64,000 nucleotides of DNA from Thermoplasmata archaeon (GTDB taxonomy: Archaea > Thermoplasmatota > Thermoplasmata > Thermoplasmatales > GCA-001856825): the NCBI GenBank assembly GCA_049966795.1, contig JBMFTY010000002.1, positions 10,874 to 74,873 on the forward strand. Reading direction: 5' to 3'. The notes under the pieces were generated by a model. The model ran no database searches. It saw only the letters and a list, made by a program, of their open reading frames with translations, and was not told where the DNA came from. Shown here piece by piece: positions 43,832 through 52,881 of the stretch (within the stretch, counting starts at the first letter, position 1; each line of letters begins with the position of its first letter). Made by a program: the position numbers and the translations under genes.

Positions 43832-44427
43832 ACAATGAAAAATCATACAGGGAGGGCTACAGGGACGGCCTGAGGTATGCGATAATGCTCGCCAGGTCCA
43901 TGGGGATAAGGGAGGAATATATCAGGAAACTCGAAAGCGAGTATGCTGGAGGAGAAGTTGGAAATGCCTTGAAGTTGGAGTACGGGGAAACGTACATCAT
44001 ATACGAGAGAAGCAACGTCAAGGGCCTTGAAATTGTATCGGAGGTGGCCACGCAGGGACACCCTGTCCTGATCATCAGCAGGGATTCAAAGAGCAACATG
44101 GATGGGCTGAAGAATGTGAAAATCGCGCTCGTCACCTATGAGGAAAAGAAAGGGGGTTTCAATCCAAACCAGCTCAGCCAGCTGCAAGAATTCGTAATCA
44201 ACAATCTTGAGGACAGGTCCGTCCTGTACATCGACTGCATAGATTACTTATTCTCCACGTCCCCTTCCCCGCAGAACGTGATCAGATTTCTCACCGTTCT
44301 GAAGGACAGGGTTATCGGGAGATCAGGAATACTGATACTCTCCATAAACAAAGATGCCATCGGGAAGACGGAACTTTCAATGGTAGAGAAGGAATTCAGG
44401 AACACCCTCAAGGTTAAGACGAAGTGA
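43828..44427 (+). CDS. DUF835-family protein (RecA/KaiC-like fold without a Walker A motif)
   Basis: GETYIIYERSNVKGLEIVSEVATQGHPVLIISRDS ... VLYIDCIDYLFSTSPSPQNVIRFLTVLKDRV ... ILILSINKDAI follows the DUF835 pattern. 4-nt ATGA overlap with agmatinase. Confidence 0.6.
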   Translation: MNNEKSYREGYRDGLRYAIMLARSMGIREEYIRKLESEYAGGEVGNALKLEYGETYIIYERSNVKGLEIVSEVATQGHPVLIISRDSKSNMDGLKNVKIALVTYEEKKGGFNPNQLSQLQEFVINNLEDRSVLYIDCIDYLFSTSPSPQNVIRFLTVLKDRVIGRSGILILSINKDAIGKTELSMVEKEFRNTLKVKTK

Positions 44428-44926
44428 GTTCCACCATGTCAATTCTTGAAGGCGTGGGTATCTTGTGAGACGCTTTGCGAAGCGCCAGTTTAGCTTTCTC
44501 AACACCTTCCCTGTTCACCCTCACAATTATGACGCTTGCTCCTCTTTTAACCCTTGCAGCAGTGCCGACAGGCCTTCCAAATGCCATGCTCATGCCGCTG
44601 GATATTCTGTCAGCCCCTGCGCCAGTAGCCATCTTGTGCTCTCTGATCACGTGATGCGGATAGGGCCTCACTCTCATGAAATAACCCTTCTCCCCGAAAT
44701 CCTTAAGAAGCTGCCTGTTGGAGGATACCCTAGCAGCCTCAAGGGCAGTGTGCCTTATCTGGCAACTTTCCTCAGCAACCAGCCTGAGTTCAACCTGGAA
44801 ATTTCCGTTTACATTACCAGCTACAAACTGCTGTATCCTCGGCGAGGGAACTCCGCCCATGTACTCCCTTTTCGTATAGGCAGGACCCGTGATCCTCGTG
44901 TACATCCTTGCTGGTTTCCTTACCAT
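44414..44926 (-). CDS. rpl10e: 50S ribosomal protein L10e (uL16)
   Basis: MVRKPARMYTRITGPAYTKREYMGGVPSPRI and RVRPYPHHVIREHKMATGAGADR are the classic L10e sequence. Confidence 0.9.
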   Translation of the reverse strand: MVRKPARMYTRITGPAYTKREYMGGVPSPRIQQFVAGNVNGNFQVELRLVAEESCQIRHTALEAARVSSNRQLLKDFGEKGYFMRVRPYPHHVIREHKMATGAGADRISSGMSMAFGRPVGTAARVKRGASVIIVRVNREGVEKAKLALRKASHKIPTPSRIDMVELTSS

Positions 44927-45019
44927 CTGAACAACCTAGTCCGAGAATGTCTGGACGTATAAAACATTTCTCGATGCTCCCGCGAAAGGTTAATTATTCG
45001 TATTCTATAATTACGCAGA

Positions 45020-45973
45020 ATGGACGAATTATGGATTGAGAAGTACAGGCCGAAGAAGCTGGAGGAGATAGTTGGGCAGAAACAGGTAGTGGAGAGGCTG
45101 AAGAGTTATGTTTCGCAGAAGAACCTCCCCCACCTCCTCTTCGCAGGCCCACCCGGTACAGGCAAAACCACCGCCGCTATTGTCCTGGCAAGGGAGCTTT
45201 ACGGAGATAATTGGAAGGAGAACTTCCTCGAACTGAATGCATCGGATGACAGGGGAATCAAGATGGTGAGGGAGACTGTGAAGGAATACTCGAGGATAAT
45301 GCCTTCTAACGAACTGGGTTTCAAGATACTTTTCCTGGATGAGGCGGATTATATGACCGACGAAGCTCAGGCAGCCCTCAGGCGGACTATGGAGAATTTC
45401 ACGAAGACCACGAGATTCATCATTTCCTGCAACTACTCCTCTAAGATAATTGAGCCAATTCAATCCAGAACTGCAATATTCAGGTTCAAGGCGATTCCCA
45501 ACCAGGATATGATCGAAGCTCTCTCCTCGATACTGAAGAAGGAGGGTAAGGAATATGAGAGGAAGGCGCTTGAGGCTATAGCGGAGATGTCCTATGGGGA
45601 TATGAGAAAGGCGATCAACATCCTCCAGGTCGCTGCGACCTATTCACAGAAAGTCACCGTGAATTCCATATACGAGGCAACCGGCCTCGTGAGGAAGGAA
45701 TGGGCCGCAGAAGTCATATCCCTCGCTCTGAAGGGAGACGTTTCGAAGGCCAAGAGCATGCTGGAGGATGCCGTGATAAGGCAGGGGATATCGGGTCAGG
45801 ATGTTGTAGAGCAATTCCACAGGGTAATCTTCGAAATGCCAATCGATGACTCCCTGAAGGCAGATATGCTCTTCGTTCTTGGGGACATAGACTTCAGGAT
45901 TTCAGAGGGAGCTAGGGAAATCATACAACTGGAGAGTTTCCTGGGATATCTGTACAACAAAGGGTCCAAGTGA
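45020..45973 (+). CDS. rfcS: replication factor C, small subunit
   Basis: WIEKYRPKKLEEIVGQ, GPPGTGKTT, ILFLDEADYMT (DEAD-type Walker B) and SCNYSSKIIEPIQSRTAIFRF (SRC motif). No intein. Confidence 0.9.
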   Translation: MDELWIEKYRPKKLEEIVGQKQVVERLKSYVSQKNLPHLLFAGPPGTGKTTAAIVLARELYGDNWKENFLELNASDDRGIKMVRETVKEYSRIMPSNELGFKILFLDEADYMTDEAQAALRRTMENFTKTTRFIISCNYSSKIIEPIQSRTAIFRFKAIPNQDMIEALSSILKKEGKEYERKALEAIAEMSYGDMRKAINILQVAATYSQKVTVNSIYEATGLVRKEWAAEVISLALKGDVSKAKSMLEDAVIRQGISGQDVVEQFHRVIFEMPIDDSLKADMLFVLGDIDFRISEGAREIIQLESFLGYLYNKGSK

Positions 45974-45981
45974 TCCAGTGA

Positions 45982-46482
45982 ATGGCTACTAATGGGTCTA
46001 TCTATGAACGGGAGCTCAAATATATCCTCTCGGGGAATGAGGAGAAGCTGAATGAGCTGTCCTGGATAGGGGAGGACCTAAAGAGAAGGATAGTCAAGAG
46101 GCCTTTCATGGTGGTAAGAGCTGCAGGGAGCCACGGGTTTGACCTCATAATCATCAGGTCGGATATAAGCGTGCCAATAGAGATAAAGAGTTCAAAAGAA
46201 AAGGTGCTGAACTTTTCTGCCTCCTCAAGCAGGTCGCAGCAGCAGGCTGAGAGCTACTTATCCCTGATGTCCCGTACCGGTGTGATGCCCCTGTACGCTT
46301 TCAGGAGAAAGTCCGTAGGCGGGGATCCGTGGAGATTCTTCACCTTCAAATATTCCTTCGAAGGGAGATACAGACAGTTCTCCGAGATACTCCCGAAAAT
46401 GGAGGTCACGAGGAACGGCACTTTCGTTCTGAAGTGGGATAACGGTCTGCCCCTTACTTCCCTTCTAGAATACTTGTTCTAG
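45982..46482 (+). CDS. hjc: Holliday junction resolvase Hjc-family nuclease (extended C-terminus)
   Basis: GSIYERELKYIL, AGSHGFDLIIIR and PIEIKSS reproduce the Hjc catalytic E...D...E.K arrangement. Confidence 0.65.
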   Translation: MATNGSIYERELKYILSGNEEKLNELSWIGEDLKRRIVKRPFMVVRAAGSHGFDLIIIRSDISVPIEIKSSKEKVLNFSASSSRSQQQAESYLSLMSRTGVMPLYAFRRKSVGGDPWRFFTFKYSFEGRYRQFSEILPKMEVTRNGTFVLKWDNGLPLTSLLEYLF

Positions 46483-46873
46483 GGATGACCGCCGCAACCT
46501 GCTCCTTGTCCCGCTGCACGCCCCTAGGAAAATCCACCCCTCTCTCTATCTTCTTGTATTCCACTGAGATGGGAGAAAGTTTGTCAAGAATGTACTCGAA
46601 CGCGGCCTCCGCATTCTCAGTTGGACCGCAGGTGAATATATCAAGAGCAACGAATCCATATTCAGGCCACGTATGAAAACTTAAATGGGATTCCGCCAGC
46701 AGTATAACACCGCTTGCTCCATCTGGTGAAAACTGGTGATAATACGACCTTATCTTGGTTAGACCGCCGCTTTTAACGGCAGACTCCATTATTTCTTTGA
46801 CAAGGCTTACCTTCGAGATCTTGGAAGGAGAGACCCCTTTCAAGTCAGCAACCAGATGAATCCCTATGGACAC
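46454..46873 (-). CDS. speH: S-adenosylmethionine decarboxylase proenzyme (SpeH type)
   Basis: GVILLAESHLSFHTWPEYGFVALDIFTCG contains the ES self-cleavage site and the HTWPE motif. GTG start. Confidence 0.8.
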   Translation of the reverse strand: MSIGIHLVADLKGVSPSKISKVSLVKEIMESAVKSGGLTKIRSYYHQFSPDGASGVILLAESHLSFHTWPEYGFVALDIFTCGPTENAEAAFEYILDKLSPISVEYKKIERGVDFPRGVQRDKEQVAAVIPRTSILEGK

Positions 46874-47246
46874 TCCGATATCACCGGTGGTATGAAATGC
46901 TACTCATATTTAAATTTTGATTAAAAGAGCCATGTCAAATCTTCAAAAAAAAGGCAGGAAATCGAACAATATTTATTATTCTCTAAATTAATAACCGGAC
47001 TATTCAAAATCCACTCGGTATTTTGATTGTCAGGTCATGGAGAAATTATCGCATGTTGTGTGAAAAATTGTCATGATTTGGAATTTTTTTTAATCATCTA
47101 TTTCCCCTATGATTTTCATTTATCTTCTCTGGCTATTCGTGGAATCTATGTGACAGCTTTCATTTCCGGCGTTGTCAGGAAAAGGTTAATAAGGTGGATG
47201 GCCTATTGGAATGAGCTTAAGGCTCTAGACAAAGGATTGGTAGAAT

Positions 47247-47672
47247 ATGGAAGAATTTACGAAAGTGAAGGACCTCAACTCAGGGTCCAAGAGGGTAACA
47301 GTTTTGGCAAAGGTTTTGAGTGTTGGAGAACCGAAAGAAATACAGACCAGATATGGAGAGCAGAAGAGAGTGACAGAAGCAGTGCTCGCAGACGAAACAG
47401 GAAAAGTGACGATGTCCCTATGGGAGGATCAGGCAAAGCAGATTGAGAACGGCTCTAGCATCGTGGTCGAGAACGGATACGTAAGCTTCGTACGTGGCCA
47501 CATGAGGCTGAATGTGGGAAAATACGGATCCATAAAGAAAGCAGAATCGGAAGTCGAAGAAGTGAACGATTCTGTCGACATGAGCGAGAAGGAGTTTCCC
47601 CCAGAGGAAACAGGAAGAAGGCCAAGAAGGAACTTCAGCAGCGGTAACAGGAATTTCAGAAGCAGATTCTGA
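47247..47672 (+). CDS. ssb: single-OB-fold ssDNA-binding protein (crenarchaeal-type SSB) with a basic/acidic tail
   Basis: VTVLAKVLSVGEPKEIQTRYGEQKRVTEAVLADETGKVTMSLWEDQA parallels the Sulfolobus SSB OB fold as I recall it. Flexible RG/RR-rich C-terminal tail. Confidence 0.7.
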   Translation: MEEFTKVKDLNSGSKRVTVLAKVLSVGEPKEIQTRYGEQKRVTEAVLADETGKVTMSLWEDQAKQIENGSSIVVENGYVSFVRGHMRLNVGKYGSIKKAESEVEEVNDSVDMSEKEFPPEETGRRPRRNFSSGNRNFRSRF

Positions 47673-47676
47673 GGGG

Positions 47677-48378
47677 TTATTTTTCTATTAGCCCCACACA
47701 TAATTCTTTATTCTCTATTTTGATTATTACTTCATCTAAATCGAGATCATTAGCGTACATTAGATCATAGGCCTTTTTTAGCGATGCAAATTCACATATC
47801 TTGCACGGAATTCCCCCCTGAAGAGTTATACTCCTTTCCCTGTAATAGAAGGACTTTAATTCAAAATCAATGCAGTTATTCCCAAATTTCTGCAGAGTAA
47901 GGTTGTTAGTTGCAATTTTTACCCTTCTGTCCAACTTCAGGGCAATTTCTTCAGGGAGTCCCGAGTACTCGTGCTTGAATGTCCTGATGTGGCATGATTT
48001 GCAAAGCGTTACCAGGTTCTTGGTTGAATCAGATCCACCTGCTATCCTCGGAATGATGTGATGGACCTCCACCTGAATCCTAACTTTTGGAAAGCCGCCA
48101 CTTTCATCATTTACTACCGGGGACCTGCCGCATATCCTGCACCTGTATCCATCTCTCTCGAGAACTATTTCCTTAGCTACATTCCACGGAATATCGCTCT
48201 TCTCGGTACTTCCGCTGATGTCAAAATCGTATATCCTTCCGTAGTGAGAATACTTCCTGTTGATCTTCTCCAGCGTAACACTGTCAACGCTATTCATTTC
48301 CCTCGAAGCTATGGAATCCTGAAAAATAACCTTTTCACAGGGAGCCAGGAATTGAGGTGATGTTTCCAGCGATCCCAA
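47677..48378 (-). CDS. HNH endonuclease domain protein with uncharacterised flanking domains
   Basis: DGYRCRICGRSP...VEVHHIIPRIAGGSDSTKNLVTLCKSCH is a canonical HNH motif with two CxxC pairs. The gene is visibly AT-richer than its neighbours. TTG start in the track, with an alternative ATG at 48297. Confidence 0.7.
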   Translation of the reverse strand: MGSLETSPQFLAPCEKVIFQDSIASREMNSVDSVTLEKINRKYSHYGRIYDFDISGSTEKSDIPWNVAKEIVLERDGYRCRICGRSPVVNDESGGFPKVRIQVEVHHIIPRIAGGSDSTKNLVTLCKSCHIRTFKHEYSGLPEEIALKLDRRVKIATNNLTLQKFGNNCIDFELKSFYYRERSITLQGGIPCKICEFASLKKAYDLMYANDLDLDEVIIKIENKELCVGLIEK

Positions 48379-48432
48379 CCCTTCTTATTTAGATAGATTT
48401 AATAATATGCGCATATACAGCCAGGATAAAGG

Positions 48433-49074
48433 TTGGCAGTGACACTAGGTGGAATAATCTCCTACTTTTTAAGCGAGTCGATACGGATTATGAGCTTACT
48501 CGGCCCTATGGGTGTTTTCTTCCTGATGGTGTTTGAGGGAGTAGGTCTGCCTTTCCCATCTGAGGTCATAATGGTCTTTGCAGGATTCCTGGCAGGCAGA
48601 AGTGCACCCATGTTTGCGCTGTATGCTATCGCGGGATCAGTTGGGGGCTTCGTGGGAAATGTGATCCTTTATTACATATCCTATTTCGGAGGGAGACCTA
48701 TAATTCTCTATATAGGCAGGTACCTTGGCCTGAAGGAGGAGCATCTTGAGCGCACCGAGAGATGGTTTGATTCGAAAGGAGAATGGACCGTTTTCTTCGG
48801 TAGATTTGTCCCTGGTTTCAGGTCTTACATGAGTATACCTGCGGGCATTGCAAAGATGAACATCTCGAAATTCTCGCTGTTTACTTTTTCAGGCTCGCTT
48901 ATCTGGTCCACGGCCCTTGAAACCGGTGGTTACTTCCTCGGGAAATCGTGGGAGAAGCTCCTTCCCATCCTCACCGAAATTGGAGTCGTGCTTCTTGTTG
49001 CCTTCGTGGCCGCAATTGGGATTTACATTTTCTTCGCAATAAGAAAAAGAAGGATCTTGGGAAAGGGAGAATGA
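48433..49074 (+). CDS. DedA-family membrane protein
   Basis: FFLMVFEGVGLPFPSEVIMVFAGFLAG and FGRFVPGFRSYMSIPAGIAKM are DedA/SNARE-associated signatures. Confidence 0.8.
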   Translation: MAVTLGGIISYFLSESIRIMSLLGPMGVFFLMVFEGVGLPFPSEVIMVFAGFLAGRSAPMFALYAIAGSVGGFVGNVILYYISYFGGRPIILYIGRYLGLKEEHLERTERWFDSKGEWTVFFGRFVPGFRSYMSIPAGIAKMNISKFSLFTFSGSLIWSTALETGGYFLGKSWEKLLPILTEIGVVLLVAFVAAIGIYIFFAIRKRRILGKGE

Positions 49075-49078
49075 CTTT

Positions 49079-49705
49079 CTAGGGCAACACGAAGAAATAG
49101 ATGAAGAAGTAGGCCACAAGCACTGCCGCTATTCCGAACGTTACCCCCCAGGTCCTCTTGTTCCAGGCGAAAACCTTGCTTCCGTCAAGCGGGGGTATCG
49201 GGATGAGATTGAAGAAAGCAAGCCATATGTTGATGTACGTAAGATAGAAAACTGCAACGAAGAGAATGTAGCTTAGGTGAACGAAAAGCAACACCGGCAG
49301 AAGGGCTACGCCTATCACGAGGTTTGTGGAGGGGCCTGCAACCGCTATTTTTCCTTCCCTTATGGGATTCCTGTAGCTTGCGAAATAGACTGCTCCAGGA
49401 AGAGCGAAAAGGAATCCGAGGAGTCCAGTGACTATCGTCAACAGGAGACCCAATGGCCACATCCTGAATTCGGACCAGGCGCCGTAATGAATGGCTGTAA
49501 ATTTATGGCTCATCTCATGTAAAAGGAATGCAGTAATGGTCATCAGAAAGGAGATGCCGAATGCATCAAGTAACGGAATCCTGAACTGGGACCTGGATAT
49601 TATGAAGAACAAAGCAACGGAGAGAGTGACCACTGAAATCAGGATATCCACTATTTCCTTCCTGGAAAAATTGCTGCGCCTGTAGGTTACCGTGTAAACG
49701 GCCAT
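49079..49705 (-). CDS. M50-family (site-2 protease-like) membrane metalloprotease, small form
   Basis: LLHEMSHKFTA (HExxH) and FNLIPIPPLDGSKV (NxxPxxxLDG). 208 aa and multi-TM. Confidence 0.7.
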   Translation of the reverse strand: MAVYTVTYRRSNFSRKEIVDILISVVTLSVALFFIISRSQFRIPLLDAFGISFLMTITAFLLHEMSHKFTAIHYGAWSEFRMWPLGLLLTIVTGLLGFLFALPGAVYFASYRNPIREGKIAVAGPSTNLVIGVALLPVLLFVHLSYILFVAVFYLTYINIWLAFFNLIPIPPLDGSKVFAWNKRTWGVTFGIAAVLVAYFFIYFFVLP

Positions 49706-50040
49706 TTTATTCCATAAGTGAATCGTGTTATATAATAATACGTCCCTTAATGCTCGCTGATCTCTTCAAGATCGCAGCTCCAAGACCCCAGGAAGAGAAT
49801 TGCTAAAGGTCAAAGAGGATACAGGGGCAGCATCAAATCCCATGAATTTCCACGGAGAATCCGTAAGGAAGGGAATCAGATGAAACCACTAAAGCCGCGG
49901 AGTAATGGAGAATGAATTTCCAAGTATTTCCGGCAGGGCAATAGGAGATGCTTAACTGTCCAAGCCTTTCACATCGCTGATATTTGTGATAAGATCCCCC
50001 TTCTAGAAAAGTATATAGCGAATAATCCATAATAGAAAGG

Positions 50041-50919
50041 ATGCAGAAGGGATCTCTACCAAGCAGACTCATCACTGTTTTCGCTGCAGGTCTTGTGCTC
50101 ATATTCCTAGTATTCATTCTGATCAGGGTTGTGTCTGTAATACCTATTGGTTACGAGAAATACACGAGCATCATAGAGGCAATTATCTCCGGTCTGATAC
50201 TTTATGTAATTCTCCGCATAATCGTGAGGATAGTCGGATCCGTTCTAGACAGGAGCATGGGAAAGAGGTACTCCAGACCCTTCATATTCCTGATTTCAGT
50301 CGTTGGGTATTTCATAATCCTACTTGCCGTGCTTGCCATAATGGGCGTCGATCTTAGTTCCGTCATACTTGGGAGTGCCTTCGGCGGTGCGATAATTGGT
50401 CTAGCTGCACAGCAGACCCTTTCCAATTTCTTCAGCGGTATACTGCTCATATGGTCCCGCCCATTCCTGCCTGGGGATCACATAGAATTCCATTCCTGGC
50501 AATATTCCTTTGCATTCCCCTCTTATCCCCCGAAATATCTCTCCAGGGATGAATTTAGGTTGAGGATATCAGGAAGAGTGGAAAACATATCCCTCAATTT
50601 CACGACGATAATAGAGGACGACGGGTCGATATCGAAGATCCCGAATAGCATCATGACGCAGGGGATGGTCACAGTAAATCCGGAGAGAAGAAGAATTCAG
50701 ATCAGGATTGAACTTCCGAAGTCAAAGGACTTCGAAGCATTTAAGGAGAACCTCGGGAAGATTATTTCCGAGTTCGCGGGCATTGAGGGTTACATGGCAT
50801 ATATTGAGGAGATTGCGAAGGATTCATACCTCGTGAAGATAGTGATTACGGGAAAGGGCGAGAGGATCGAAGAAACCAGGGGGAAGATCATGGAGAAGCT
50901 TCTACCACTGACCAGATGA
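50041..50919 (+). CDS. small-conductance mechanosensitive channel (MscS family)
   Basis: GAIIGLAAQQTLSNFFSGILLIWSRPFLPGDHIEF is the MscS TM3/beta-domain junction signature. Confidence 0.8.
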   Translation: MQKGSLPSRLITVFAAGLVLIFLVFILIRVVSVIPIGYEKYTSIIEAIISGLILYVILRIIVRIVGSVLDRSMGKRYSRPFIFLISVVGYFIILLAVLAIMGVDLSSVILGSAFGGAIIGLAAQQTLSNFFSGILLIWSRPFLPGDHIEFHSWQYSFAFPSYPPKYLSRDEFRLRISGRVENISLNFTTIIEDDGSISKIPNSIMTQGMVTVNPERRRIQIRIELPKSKDFEAFKENLGKIISEFAGIEGYMAYIEEIAKDSYLVKIVITGKGERIEETRGKIMEKLLPLTR

Positions 50920-51067
50920 TTTGAATCAAAACGCTATGTGAATCAGCCCGGTACCCTCTTATCAACCCCTTCTGCCGGAATTTCCAGTCCTCTAGTTTGA
51001 AAGGATGGAAGAATCACTCGAATCGGGTGAAATGAACATTGGAAGATCAACAGGAACGCTTTCCAAG

Positions 51068-52693
51068 TTATGGATGTGCCTCATCCATCCAGTCCAGGCA
51101 GGTGGAATGCGCGAGAAAATCGAAATCTGGGGGGAACTCCTTTGCAAAATGCCTGTAAAAGAAAACATCAGAAGCCTTCAGCATCCCTTCGTTCCCCTGA
51201 GTCTCCCCTATCGTCATCATATAGAGGAGGGAAAGCGTGTAGGCGAATGAATTCAGAATATCCTTTGCGAAGAATTCAGCGTTCTCACTTCCAATCAACT
51301 TGGAAAACGCTGATTTTAGGGAAGAATAAGCGGTCTTTGCCATTTCTTCCCTCTGAGGTCCGACGTTTTCTATCAAGCTCTCAGCCAGCTTGAACAAATC
51401 AGCATCCGTATGCTTTTTCAGCAGGAGTTCAAGGAAGTCCAGGGCCTGGATGTTGCTGGTTCCCTCCCACAGGGATGTGACTATAGAATCCCTGTGAAAC
51501 TTCTCAACAGGAAACTCTTCAAGAAATCCCTTGCCACCGAAAATTTCCATGGAATACCTTGTAACGAAATCAGATGACCAGGAGCACATATTCTTCGCCA
51601 TGTGCGTGAGGGCCCTGGCAACATGGTATGAAGTGTCGTAAGGAGGGCGGAGGCCTGATGCTCTGTTGAAGGCATCCGCAGCAACCAGAGACAGCACAAG
51701 GGACGCCTCGGTTTCCGCCTCCATCTCAACGAGGTCCCTTCGCATGAGGGGATGCTCATACAGCGTTTTTCCGAACGCCATCCTCCTTTTTGAATAGAGA
51801 TATGCCTCCCAGAGGGCCTTCCTCGCGATGCCCACCGCAGAGATGGCATCATTTATCCTCGAAATTTCAAGTATCTCAAGCGCAACGTATACCCCTTCCC
51901 CTCTCTTGCCTAGGAGATAGGCTTCAGACCCGTTAAGTACGACCTCCCCTGTCGGGACGAGAATGGTTCCAAGCTTCTCCTTAACGCGCCTTATCTCGTA
52001 GTTCCTCGTTCCGTCCTTCCTCAATGCTGGAACGAAGAAGGCAGATATCCCCTTCGCTCCGGCTTTGTCACCTTCTATCCTGGCTGTTACGATCGCCCCG
52101 TCGGCTAACCCGGCATTGCTCGCGAAATACTTGTTTTCCCCGCTCAGCCTGTATCTTTCCCCATCTTTTACCGCAATGGTCTTATTCGCACCAAGATCAC
52201 TCCCACCCTGTATCTCCGTGTAGTACGTTGCCCCGAGCCAGCCATTGTCCACATAGGATCTCAGGTATCCAGCTGTTAGATCATCCCCATATTTTATAAG
52301 GCCGTAAACGGTTTGAGCCGTGAGGGTGAGGGTGCAAAACAAACCGGCATCCGATATTAAATAACCTGAGACGAAGTGGTACATCAGCTTACCGGGAGAA
52401 ACGTTTCTCACCACACCATAGTCAAGAAGCTTCTTTATGATGGATGAATGAGTCCTCGAAATCCAGATGCCATCGACCCTGTCATCGAGGACTCCCCACA
52501 TAACGAACTGTGGGTTCCCGAAGTGATCCAGGAACATCGAGTCTTCAATCATCTCCTCCCCCACGTATTTTCCAATTTCTTCAATCTTTCCCGTGTCTTT
52601 GTAATTCAGGAATCTCAGGATTGAGGTGAGGGGAGCATCTTGGAAATAATTCACCCCCTTGCTTAGGAAAATGCTGGAAAAGGAAAAATTCAT
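51068..52693 (-). CDS. acyl-CoA dehydrogenase family protein (long, AidB-like form)
   Basis: 541 aa. YTEIQGGSDLGAN, FFVPALRKDGTRNYEIRRVKEKLG and EIFGGKGFLEEFPVEKFHRDSIVTSLWEGTSNIQ match ACAD middle and C-terminal domains. Confidence 0.8.
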   Translation of the reverse strand: MNFSFSSIFLSKGVNYFQDAPLTSILRFLNYKDTGKIEEIGKYVGEEMIEDSMFLDHFGNPQFVMWGVLDDRVDGIWISRTHSSIIKKLLDYGVVRNVSPGKLMYHFVSGYLISDAGLFCTLTLTAQTVYGLIKYGDDLTAGYLRSYVDNGWLGATYYTEIQGGSDLGANKTIAVKDGERYRLSGENKYFASNAGLADGAIVTARIEGDKAGAKGISAFFVPALRKDGTRNYEIRRVKEKLGTILVPTGEVVLNGSEAYLLGKRGEGVYVALEILEISRINDAISAVGIARKALWEAYLYSKRRMAFGKTLYEHPLMRRDLVEMEAETEASLVLSLVAADAFNRASGLRPPYDTSYHVARALTHMAKNMCSWSSDFVTRYSMEIFGGKGFLEEFPVEKFHRDSIVTSLWEGTSNIQALDFLELLLKKHTDADLFKLAESLIENVGPQREEMAKTAYSSLKSAFSKLIGSENAEFFAKDILNSFAYTLSLLYMMTIGETQGNEGMLKASDVFFYRHFAKEFPPDFDFLAHSTCLDWMDEAHP

Positions 52694-52881
52694 GAATTAA
52701 AAACACGCACCTTTATTTATTAGTTGCTCTCCTTGCACTCTCGGTGGGGTAAGGAATCGCGAATAGCGAAGCATTGCCGGGACTCATCACATTCATCGCC
52801 ACTGAAATTCAGAAGGAAGCGAATCTTTCATCACACAAAATTAATATCAAAAGTTTGTTATGAGCGGCAGGTGAAGGGAAC

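Noticed and set aside
46874-47246. Possible replication origin, given AT-rich DNA next to RFC, Hjc and SSB.
   Set aside because: I could find no ORB or mini-ORB-like repeats (for example the TCCAGTGGAAA type). There is no orc1/cdc6 gene in the window, and skew cannot be assessed from 64 kb. It is kept only as a low-interest observation.
47027-47446. 139-aa plus-strand ORF starting in the AT-rich spacer and overlapping ssb in another frame.
   Set aside because: It has a TTG start in non-coding-like AT-rich DNA, its second half overlaps the well-supported SSB frame, and it has no motif.
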